64,000 nt of DNA, taken from the NCBI RefSeq assembly GCF_006345805.1, contig NC_043020.1, forward strand, positions 25,978,001 through 26,042,000, read 5' to 3'. Shown here in pieces: positions 52,341 to 64,000 of this stretch. The notes beneath the pieces were generated by a model that was not told the DNA's origin, searched no databases, and saw nothing but the letters and a program-made list of their open reading frames with translations. How positions within the stretch are numbered: the first letter of the stretch is position 1; each line of letters begins with the position of its first letter. The translations under genes and the position numbers were made by a program. The stretch comes from Octopus sinensis. Taxonomy: Eukaryota.

Positions 52341-53784
52341 TGTTTAAACGATGAAAGATTAAAAAGACCTCCATGAAAGACATTTTTGTCCCCTATCCTC
52401 CATGTCTGATCTTAACCATTAGAATGTAATGGCGAATGGCGTTCATTACATGTAACTCATAACATTAAATCTTTCTACAGAACTACACGGATTCATTGCT
52501 GTTTTTTTTTCAGTCTTTTACAACAAGTCTCTTTGAAAAGGTCATCCGTAAGATTATTCAAGATGTCTGATTTTAATATGAAAGGATGATGTAATATAAA
52601 CAAAGAGTGAAATTGCTAAATGAGACCTGCAAAAAATAATTGTAAAAATGTCTCTTAATTTCATTCGAAAAGAAAATTGTAATAATGAATTCTGGTGTTG
52701 ATACAAGCGAAGAGAATTTGCAATGGCAATGGTCACACTCTATTAAATCATCCGTCGTTCATGACTAGTAATTAATTGGTTAACATCAAACGGATGAAAG
52801 GAAGACAAGATGGGTCTTCCATAATTCTGAAAACCCAATCGCAAATGGAGCAGATTAAATGTCATTAGGATTTTACGCTTTTAGTGTTTTTTGATAATCA
52901 ACTGTTCTAGAAAATGTGGATGATTATATTAACACTAAACAGAACTCCAGCTACTACAATTAATAATAATGGTGATGATGAGGAGGAGGATGATGATGAT
53001 AAGGATGATGATGATGAAAATGAGGATGATCATGTTGATGATGATCATCATGAGGATGATAGTAACAACAGCATCATGACCTGATGCAATAACAGGTTGT
53101 GGCTCACGTGGCTGCTGATCTGAACTGATTGGAACAATTGTTGGTATTTGGGCAAACCTTCAAGTTTTATGTTCAAATTTCACCTCGGTCATCTTTGCAT
53201 TTCAATCTTCCGAGGTTCATAATAATGCTGATCTGAACTGATTGGAAGTGTTAAAATGTATATGTTTCGTCTTGGTGTAAAAGATGGGCTACAGCAAATA
53301 TCATGCTCAATACCATACATATTTGCTTGTCCGTTGTTTGACCATAATCAGTGCAGCATGTCCCTTAGTGTCTGACGGTATATGCATTTGGGAGCATTGT
53401 TGCCAAGTGTCGAAAGGGAATTTTGGGTGTCTGACTAAATCACCTTTAGAAACATGAGTGTCTCCGTCAACAATAGTTTTTGTATGTACGTATACATACA
53501 TGCATACATATATATATGTCGTAGGATCGCGGTTTCGATTTCCAGACCGGGCGTTGAGTGTGTTTATTGAGCGAAAACACTTTAAAGCTCCACGAGGCTC
53601 CGGCAGGGGGAGGGGGTGATCCCTGCTGTACTCTTATCACTCTTTCTCCCACTCTCTTCTGTGGCATGCTCGTAGCCTGGTGCGTCAGCGGGGTGGCGTC
53701 ATTCGAAGGCTAAAACAATGCGAACGCATTGTGACCAGCGATGTGTAGAAACATCTGATGGTCTGGTCGGTCATTGATCATGTG

Positions 53785-53829
<45 letters not shown>

Positions 53830-54130
53830 AGAGAGAGAGAGAAAAAACGAGAGAGAGAGAGAAATTATGAAATGGAGTCGAACGCAGGTGTTATTCAAAT
53901 TCCTTTAAACCTCCATCTATCGTAAGTTTCGAAAACAGCATTGAGTAATATCCTTGCATTTATGTGAATTTGTGCTACCCTGGAAACTATTTACTTATAT
54001 ATTTACTCTTTTGCTCTTTTACTTGTATATATATGTATATACATATACATAATAAATTCCACCTCCTCCTCCTCCCCGTCTTTTCTTCTTCTTGGTGTTA
54101 TTTATCATTATTATTATTATTATTATTATT

Positions 54131-55401
54131 CTATGTTTGACTTTTGCTTTATATTTGTACAAGTTGGCTCCAGTCCACCCAGATACCTCAAGAGACAACA
54201 GGGTTGGAAGTTCATGTTGTTATGCCTAGTGTGCCATATATTTGGGGGGGTGGAGATGGTTGTACTATGAATGTCTAAAAAAAAAAAGTTTTTTTTTTTT
54301 TTTTTTTTTTTAAACCGAAAATTATGGTGTTTTAAACCTTGAGGTTACATAGAGAGTATTGTGCGTAGGATATGAGCAGTTCCATGAGCACTATCTTTTG
54401 AACTTCTGCCATTTTGGGTTTCCTGGTATCTGAGTTAGGTAGCTATCAGCCCCTTTTGCTATCACTCCCAGGCACCTATGACAACAGGTATTGTTTTAGT
54501 CTTCAGCTTCCACATTTGCTGATTTCTATTTCAAGATCTTTATATTTGCTCAGTTTTTGGTAGGTCCTGACAGATACGTTTATATCGATTGGGACAGTCA
54601 TATCAATGAGGAGGCATGTTCTTGTTTGAAGTCTTTCAATATGATGTCTGGCCTATTTGCATCTATCTACTGTCAGTTTGAATGGTGAAGTTCCAGAGGA
54701 GTGAGATGTGGTCATTTTCAAGCACTGGGGGTGGTTTGTGTTCCCACCAGTTTTTCTCATGGGCAACTCCAGGTTTTTACAGATTACCCAGTGAATATAT
54801 TGTGCAGCTCTATCGTGCCTGTTGAGATACTCTGTAGGCGCTAGAAGACTGCACTTGGAGACCAACATGGTCAATGGTTTCATTTTGTTGCTTGCATACA
54901 CGACAACGTGGACTGTTCTGATCTTTAATATGTTGGCTGGTAGTTTTGTTGGTAGGCATTGATCTTGAGCTGCTATGATAAACCCCTTGTTTCAGATTTT
55001 AAGCCAGAGGCCATTAGCCATTGATGGGTCAGGGCTTGTCGATATCTGCATTATTCGCTCTCTTGGGTATTTGCCGTTAGAGAGGTTTTTCTTGCCATTT
55101 ATTATTCAGAATATCTAAGGCCGCAGTTTTGGCACGGGTTTTCATGCGCCTAGCTTTTTCTGTGCTTGTTTCTTGTATGTCTATCTCTAATTCCGAAATT
55201 GGTTGTATTCGGATTCACTTAGATATTCCTTTGCCTGTTTTGTTACTGAGTATGATGCTTTCTGTTTTCATGTTTGAGACAAGTTTTAAACATCCAGTCC
55301 CTCAGAGTTTTTCAGGTAGGTGTCTAGGCCAATTGTAGCAATCTTCATTGTTATTGCAAGTTGCAAAAAGCCACGGCCTCCCTCTTTTCTTGGCAGATAG
55401 A
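54131..55401 (-). mobile_element. 5'-truncated Dong/R4-type LINE with restriction-like endonuclease, embedded in (TAA)n
   Basis: Minus strand: LYLPRKEGGRG, CRVCKQQNETIDH..SKCSLLAPTEYLNRHDRAAQYIHW, ANRPDIILKDFK..CLLIDMTVP and KLSKYKDLEIEISKMW, with a stop at 54345-54347. (ATT)n on both sides (54109-54130 and 55402-55464). Confidence 0.88.
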
Positions 55402-55464
<63 letters not shown>

Positions 55465-56009
55465 GAGTGAGAGTGCAGTGCATGACATCAAAGTGACACT
55501 GGGGTAAAATATACGAAGCCCAGTATAACCATCATGACTACTCGTTTGATAAGGGGACACTAGGCACATGCATCACGACCATATATGCACGACACGATGA
55601 TCTCATATCAAGATAAACAGAACATGAACTTTCAGTTTGGGGCCCAGATAGAACTTCTTTCTAGTTGAGTAACCAATCCCGCAAAAAAGGTCCCTGAATA
55701 AGGGTTGTTTAAGAATGCTGAACGAAAAACCCATGTTTCCAGAAGTGAATTATTCAAACCCCAAAGAATCCCTCTCAACACATGGTTATGATGCTCCCCC
55801 ACTACTTCTGCTCGTGATCAGACATGATAAGGGACATGCTCAACTGGTTAAGGTCAAACATCTGACAAGCAAATCTGTGGTATTGAGCAGAATATTAACT
55901 GTAGTCCATCTTTTATACCAAGACAAAAATTTGTACATGCATGATAACACTTCCTATCAGTTAAGATCAGAAGCTACAAGAGCCACTGCCTGGTACTGCA
56001 TCAGGGGTA

Positions 56010-56010
<1 letters not shown>
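55465..56010 (-). mobile_element. Non-coding dispersed element flanked by (ATT)n; homologous fragments at 22141-22313 and ~53223-53430
   Basis: Three loci share sequence, and the 3' end CTCTCACTC abuts (AAT)n in two of them. Confidence 0.7.
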
Positions 56011-56057
<47 letters not shown>

Positions 56058-56161
56058 ATTATTACTGTTATTACCATCATTTTTATTATCTTCGCCATAA
56101 TACAATTGTATCCATATCTATATTCCTTGCAAGCAGTTGTAATATGCAGAAGTAAATAACT

Positions 56162-56202
<41 letters not shown>

Positions 56203-56216
56203 ATATATTATTATAT

Positions 56217-56255
<39 letters not shown>

Positions 56256-57266
56256 CACATTCACATAAATATATGCGTGTGTGTGTGGGGGGGGTGTCTG
56301 TCGTAACTAGATGAAGGCATAAAGCAAATCTAAATGAATATATACATATAAAAGATACATTTCCTGATCAAAACCAGTTTAATCTTTAATCAATAGCTGT
56401 TACCTAGAATTTCAAAATTGTATATTTCATGGTGATATCATTCATAGTTTGGAGGATATGATCGGATAAAGATCAAAGGAGCCGTCTTAATCGATCGAAC
56501 AATGTTTAACATTTCGATAATTTACTAAACGTTTTCGTTACATTTATAGATTATATTCTAAACATTTATTTCCTGACCGTGGTCGAAAACTATATTTTAA
56601 AGGAAATACGTGTCACTGCATAAACCGAGCGGGTGTCGTCGGTGGACGGAATCTTCGAATGAGATTTTCATCTTTCGTTCTTTCGTTCTCTGATTTACCG
56701 ACGTTAATTAATATGAATTCGGTCCTGGAATTGCTACAAAAGATTTATTAACGTTAGGATTTCAGACGTTGGAAAATGTAATGAGAGTGAAATTGATAGC
56801 GTGAACCTTGGAAACATGTTAAGGATAGTGGTGATCTGTCTTTGATAACAGAGGTAATGAAATCCAAGTGTGTTTGTTGAGGGTGAATAATTGTGGTTCT
56901 TTTGGCAAGCAACGGCATCAATCATTTGCAGAAAATACCTCCTCAACTAGCTGTTGAAATCTTTACTTCTCTCTTCCATCTGACGATCCTTAAATTGATC
57001 GTTCCTTCGGAGGATTTGTATTAGGAACGTTAAGCCTCTTTATTCATCCCTAAGCTGTACCTACTAACCTATCCACGTCTAAATTGATAGAGATATGGTT
57101 ATTTGAAGTTAATTGCATCAAAATACAGAACAATCGTATTTATTACTAAATTATGTCTATGCGGCAATACTTAAACCTATAAACTTCTCGTGGTATAAAA
57201 TAAATTCGGCATGTATGCGTTCATAGACACATACATACATATACCTTGATTCTATTGCATCATGCA

Positions 57267-57654
57267 ATATATATATAAATCTGAAGTTGTCTGTGTATGG
57301 CAGGTTTGGTAGCCTTCAACTAACACCATCTCCTCCAAGACCCTGCGGCGCAAGTTGACCAAAATTGAGAGTATGATAGAAGAAGGCTTGCTCTCCTAAT
57401 GTAGAAGAGAAAATTCAAATCGGCCCATGTTAACACTAAAAATTATTTACATCAAAAAGTTGCGTTTTTTCAATGAAAATCCCTATTTTTAACGATTTTT
57501 TGACTGCAATGTCGCCATTTTTCGGTGTATTTCAACCAGAAAAATGTTTACTTAAAGAGAATAACAAGCTCAATAATGCAAAACTTTTACTTTTCAAAAA
57601 TTCCAATTCTAATGAGTCGAAACAGACCCGAACAGCGCCGGGCGATACTGCTAG
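57267..57654 (+). mobile_element. Second non-autonomous Helitron-like element
   Basis: 3' CCCGAACAGCGCCGGGCGATACTGCTAG|T; 5' (TA)nAAA; interior unrelated to 44470-44844. Confidence 0.68.
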
Positions 57655-57683
57655 TATATATATATATTTATTTATTTGATTAC

Positions 57684-57729
<46 letters not shown>

Positions 57730-58633
57730 ATGTATACATATACATGTCTGTATATATATATATATATATACATGTGTATGTATACATATACATGCATATA
57801 TATTATATATATATAAACATATATACATACAGACACACATATATATATATGCATCATATAAGCATGTACGTATGTATGTACGTATGTATGTATGCATGTT
57901 TGTATGTATGTACGTACGTACGTACGTATGAATGTATGTATATATGTACGTACGTATGTATGTATGTATGTACGTACATACGTACGTATGTATATATGTA
58001 TGTATGTGTGTATGTATGTATATATGTATGTATGTATGTATTGGTTTCTGAGATTTAGCAAGTTTTGTGTCTACTCTGGTGAATGTTGTTATTGAGACGA
58101 ACATTGCAACTTTTGATAAAAATAAACAATTTCATGAAGCAGAAATGACTCGATGTAATTGTTAGACTCGCTTCTGACGACTATTTTCTAATTCTTTTGT
58201 TTTCATGCTGCGACGGCTGAGAAAAAAGCTCTGCGTGCGGCATCAAAAAGAAACCAAAGATGAAAATCTGTCTGTCCACTTGATGATCCAGTTGCCGTGT
58301 GAAGAAAAAAAGATTCATGGAGAGATCGGATAATCATACATAATTATTTCAAAGAATTTGTTGTAGCATACTCTGATAGGTAGAATTTCAGATGACGAGT
58401 CTGTACGAAAAGAAAGACGACAAAATACTCTATTGTGACAGCAAAAATTTAGTTATCTATACACAGTGTCAGCAAAATACAATTATCTAAAAATATTTAC
58501 AGACCATCAGCTTGTGAGTTCAGTTCTGCTCAATGCTACCTTTGGTGTGTGTCTTCTATTTTGGTCGGAACCGACCAAGTCTTATGAAAGAAGTCTATCG
58601 TATGTCTATCTATCTATCTATCTATCTATCTAT

Positions 58634-58664
<31 letters not shown>

Positions 58665-58667
<3 letters not shown>

Positions 58668-59075
58668 TCTTTTACTCTTTTACTTGTTTCAGTCATTTGA
58701 CTGCGGCCATGCCGGAGCACCACCTTTAGTCGACCCCGGGACTTATTCTTTGTAGGCCCAGTACTTATTCTATCGGTCTCTTTTTGCCGAACCGCTAGGT
58801 GACGGGGATGTAAACACACCAGCATCGGTTATCAAGCGATGGTGGGGAGACAAACACAGACACACAAACATATACACACATATACATAAATATATATATA
58901 TATACATATATACGACAGGTTTCTTTCAATTTCCGTCTACCAAATCCACTCACAAGGCATTGGTCGGCCCAAGGCTATAGCAAAAGACACTTGCCTAAGA
59001 TGCCATGCTGTGGGACTGAACCCGGAACCATGTGGCTGGTTAGCAAGCTACTTACCACACAGCCACTCCTGCGCC
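58665..59075 (-). mobile_element. Family B SINE, full length
   Basis: Head reverse complement CTTACCACACAGCCACTCCTGCGCC, B-box GGGACTGAACCCGGAACC and (TACTCTTT) tail. Confidence 0.92.
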
Positions 59076-59397
59076 TATATATATATATGTAAACAATAAA
59101 AGTGTTGAATGGTACAACAATGCTGTATAATACAAACAATGTGCTTTATACCTGTTGTAATTTAGTCATTCATAACCTGATATGATATTACGAAGTAAAA
59201 TTCCTTCAGATATTCTATATAGACCATTGTTTGTAATATAGTGCATTGTGCGTGTGCCTGCGTATGCATGTGTGTGTTTGTGCGACGATCTTCCTACGGT
59301 TTCCATCTCCCAGATTACAGAAGGTGACACGCAGTGGGAACGAAATCAGAATCATGTGGTTAGGACGCAAAATCTTTGCCATGCAACCACTTTGTAT

Positions 59398-60060
59398 GGT
59401 TATCATCATGTTAATGAAGACCTTAGTATTGATGAATGTTACCATGACGATTCGAATGACGTTGGTCACGATGATGAGCAGGAAGAGAAGGAGGAAGAGC
59501 AGGAGGAAGAGGAAAGGGAGGTCAAATCATGAGTTGCTTTCATCTTTTATCTGTTGTTTGATTTAGTCAATGGATTGTGGCCATGCTGGGGCGGAATCTT
59601 TAGCCGAATATATCGTCTTGTGGAGTTATGTATTTTTAAGCCTGGTACGTAATCTTTCGACACCTCTGGCCGAACCATTATGTTATGGGGACATAACCCT
59701 ACCAACACCGGTTGTCAAGCGGTGATATAGGACACACATATACACAAAGACGCAGGCTCACATATTTGTGTGTGTGCGTGCGTGCGCGCGTATGAGTGTA
59801 TGTGTTTGTACGACGGGCTTCTTTCAGTTTCCATCTCCCAAATCTATCCAAGAAGATTACAGAAGGTGACACGCATTGGGAAAGAAAGCAGAATTATTTG
59901 GTTTGGATGCAAAATTTTTACCACACAACCACTTTGATGTTGATATGAATGAAATCAGTGCCGATTCGTAAAAATTCGGCGGAATTTGAACTCAGAATGT
60001 TATGGCAGGCGAAATACCCCTAAGCATTTCGCTCGGCGTGCTAACGAATCTGCCAGCTCG

Positions 60061-60098
<38 letters not shown>

Positions 60099-62389
60099 CG
60101 TGTGTTTGTGTAAGTGTTTGTGCATAATTGAAATTTACAGAAAATCAAAAGACGTAGTTATTTGTATAAACAACAAGCAGGTGAAATACTTTGACGCTGG
60201 GGAAAGTGAGAAAGCCATTTATGCTTTGAACTTACGCTCTTTAACAGAGAAGAATATGAGGAAATAAACAGAGAGAGAATAAATATCTTGTGGATTATCA
60301 ATTGTGAGATTGTCAAGTGTATCTCTCTGTTTAATTTATTATGTATATACATATATGCACGGTTGAAAATTTACTTGCCATTTGTGTTTGTATTTTGATA
60401 ATAACATTCCTCTTGTAATTATTTATAAATAAGTTCACACATTTCGTTTGTTTAAATAGTGTTTGGTCGCATCAAACGAACTTTTACAGGTATGGTGGGC
60501 GAAACTTTTAGTAGTCGTAAACTGGCAGTCTTTGGCTGAAAAGAAACAGGCACCTATTTGGCGCTTATTTCGAAACCGGTACCAAGTTGGCCAGTATTAT
60601 TTGTGCTGACCTAGCAGAGGTAAAACATTTTTAATGTTCATCGTAAATTTTCCCTAGCAGGCCTGTAGTAGATTTCTGACTATTGTGTGGCACAGAAGTA
60701 TTTTTATCATCTATTTTTAGCGATTTAGGTGACCTTGTAGTGCCCGCAGCCATGCTCGAGCACCACCTTCTAGTCGAACAAATCGACCTTAGGACTTATT
60801 CTTTGTAAGCCAAGTACTTATTCTATAGGTATCGCTAAGTTACGGGGACATAAACACACCAGCATCGGTTGTCAAGTGATGTTGGGGGGACAAGCACAGG
60901 CACACAAACATATACATACATATATACATATATACATACATACATACATACATATATACATACATATATACATACATATATGTATATATATATATATATA
61001 TCAAATCCACTCACAAGGCTTTGGTTGGCCCGAGGCTATAGTAGAAGGCATGCGCCCATGATATCACGCAGTGGGACTGAACCCGGAACCATGTGGTTGC
61101 TAAGCGGGATAGTTACCACACAGCCACTCTTGCGCCTATGTATATATTTTATTAATTTGCCTCTACGGCTGATAATTCGCTTGCTACTTATGACGATATT
61201 TTAATACCACCCCTCTTATATATGTGTCTGTGTGTGGGTCTTCGTGTCTGTCTTTGACCCCCCACGAACTCTTGACGATCTGAATTGGTGTATCTAAATA
61301 CCCGTAACTCTCTTGCCCAAAGAAATCAGACAGAATAACAATAAGTCTTCAACAAATTAATAAATACAGGGGGACATTCGGTCGACTAAACCCTTTAATT
61401 CATTGCCCCAGCATGGTCGCAGTCGAAATGACGGAAAGAAGTATATGGTTAAAGAAAATGCAAGAGACTAGGCATAGATTTCACGCAAACACATCTGAGC
61501 ACACATATCTGTGAACTCACACTTTTCATGATTTCAATCTCTGTTAAATCAAATATTTAGCAGTGTTGGACATAAAGTGTTTATGATTACGACATCTCAT
61601 ATACCATTCCATTTTAAGACAACCTGATGTGAGACAGAAACGATACTAGGTGCGGTTTACAACACGTTGAATCAAATCTGACATTTGATTTAAGCCAGTT
61701 GCGCTTGCTTGGAAACAAATGGAGCTTTCAAAAGTACACAATGCAATCGTCTGCTACGAGGTCACTTCTTCCAATAGATGTAGCCGCCATCACTCTTTCA
61801 AAATACTTTCGTTGCCAGCTTTTTACGAATCAGCACTGGTTTCATTCATATCAACATCAAAGTGGTTGTGTGGTAAAAAATTTGCATCCTAACCATCAAA
61901 TTCTGATTTCGTTCCCACTGCGTGTCACATTCTGTTATATTCTTGGATGGATTTTTGAGATGGAAACTGAAAGAAGCCCGTCGTACAAACACACACACAT
62001 TCATACCCGCGCACGAACGCACACACACAAATATATGAGTCTGCGTCTTTGGGTGTATGTTTGTCCTATATCAACGCTTGACAACCGGTGTTGGTGGGGT
62101 TATGTCCCCGTAACGTAATGGTTCGGCAAGAGGTGTCGAAAGGTTAAGAACCAGACTTAAAAATACATAACTCCACACGATGATATATTCGGCTAAAGAT
62201 TCCGCCCCAGCATGGCCACATTGCAATGACTAAATCAAACAACAGATAAAAGATAAAAGCAAATCGTGATTTGTCGTCCCTTTCCTCCTCCTCATCCTAT
62301 TCTTCCTGGTCATCATCGTGACCATCGTCATTCGAATCGTCATGGTAACATTCATGAATACGAAGGTCTTCATTAACACGATGATAGCC
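59398..62389. repeat. Diverged inverted duplication, arms 59398-59974 and 61820-62389
   Basis: GGTTATCATCATGTTAATGAAGACC...CGATTCGTAAAA is matched by TTTTACGAATC...GGTCTTCATTAACACGATGATAGCC. The arms contain SINE and non-SINE sequence. Confidence 0.85.
60744..61136 (-). mobile_element. Family B SINE
   Basis: Same motifs as 58665-59075. Confidence 0.88.
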
Positions 62390-62399
62390 ATCACGATCA

Positions 62400-62751
62400 T
62401 CATGACTATCAACACAGTAATAATTATTATCATTAATGCAACCACTAACACTATGTAAGGTTATCATCATCAGCATCATCATCATCATAATCACCCTCAT
62501 CAATATCATCCTCTTCCTCTTCCTCCTCCTCCTCCTCATCATCATCATCTCCATCATCATCTCCATCATCATCATCATAATCATCCTCATCATCATGATC
62601 GTCATCATAATCATCCTCATGATCTTCATAATCATCCTCATGATCATCATCATCATCAACAGCATCCTCATCATCATCATCATCATAATCATCATCAAAT
62701 CCTCCTCCTCCTCCTCATCATCATCATCATCAACAGCATCATTTCCATCAT

Positions 62752-62785
<34 letters not shown>

Positions 62786-62811
62786 TCCATCATCATCAAA
62801 ATCATCGTCGC

Positions 62812-62849
<38 letters not shown>

Positions 62850-63110
62850 CTGTCATCGTCGTCGTCTTCGTCATTCTGGTCGTCATCATGGTTGTCGTCT
62901 TCATCTCCATCATCTCTCACGCTCACCATTTTCACGATTACGACAATCGTATCACCAATAATAACGTCGACAAAAAAATCACCATCAAATGATGACAATG
63001 ACGATAACGACGACAATGATGATGATGAGGATGTGCAACCGCACCATCATCACCCTCATCATCATCATCATCATTATCATCTCCTCATCATCACCACCAA
63101 AACACCCCCA
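62400..63110. repeat. (CAT/CCT/GAT)n compound trinucleotide repeat
   Basis: Directly visible. Confidence 0.93.
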
Positions 63111-63415
63111 TACACCCACCACCGTACATTACTTTTCCTTGTTGCCCCCATTCTTTAAAAGACATTATTGTTAACACAATTGCCAGCATGCGATGAAATT
63201 GAAACACATTTGCAATATGGCGTCCATGTGTAATACGGCGATTGTGTCATGACATATTAATCATAAATTCGCACTTGGGAGTTACGAACACAACATCAAT
63301 ATATACATACCAATTGGCATGCATCAGAAATATACAAACATAAAACAGTCTGTGTGTACATATCTAATTATATTTATATGTATATATATATATATATGTA
63401 TATATATATGTATAT

Positions 63416-63462
<47 letters not shown>

Positions 63463-63639
63463 TATATATATATAATTAGATAATAACAATAATATATATA
63501 TATATATATTATATAAACATATATATGTATATATATATATGTATGTATATGCATATATACGTGTGCACCAACAAACTCATAAATACGCAAGCATAAAAAA
63601 CAATAAGTACGTTTATATATAAATATAAATATATGAATA

Positions 63640-63672
<33 letters not shown>

Positions 63673-63834
63673 TCTATGCTTGTATATATAAAGGTTTATA
63701 TATATATGTATGTGTATGTATGTATATGTGTGAATATAAACATCCCTACGTATGTTGCATGTGTGTATGTATGTATATATATACTCACATATATATATGT
63801 ATATGCATGTATATATGTATAGATATGCATAAAC

Positions 63835-63868
<34 letters not shown>

Positions 63869-64000
63869 GCATTCGTAGTGTATACAAACGTACATATATA
63901 TGTACGCACACACACATATATCAGTACATGTACGCTCAAATATATACATATATATCTTGAGAGAGAGACATTCATACGTACACACACAAACATATTTATA

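Overview
AT-rich eukaryotic DNA, saturated with microsatellites and with no supportable host exon. The SINE families and microsatellite load suggest an octopus/coleoid cephalopod genome (inference from remembered repeat families). Almost all ORFs in the track are microsatellite translations. Real coding remnants are all transposon-derived: a Tx1/L1-clade LINE 3' half (1-2130), Penelope-like RT/GIY-YIG remnants, mariner and Tc1 fragments, and a 5'-truncated Dong/R4-type LINE in (TAA)n. There are also many tRNA-derived SINEs, two Helitron-like elements and several MITE-like hairpins. The main discovery is a 14-copy tandem array of a ~488-bp unit (37681-44469). Each unit carries a type I hammerhead ribozyme motif (stem I ATTTCTTA/TAAGAAAT, CTGATGA, long stem II, GAAA, short stem III, GTA cleavage triplet) inside a heavily base-paired sequence. 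This is the architecture of a non-LTR retrozyme, a candidate source of a ~488-nt self-cleaving, possibly circular RNA. The array is preceded by an inverted partial copy with an antisense hammerhead and contains a 4-unit higher-order duplication. An unrelated solo hammerhead lies at 21630-21712 (-). All structures were derived by eye, and no ribozyme activity is demonstrated.
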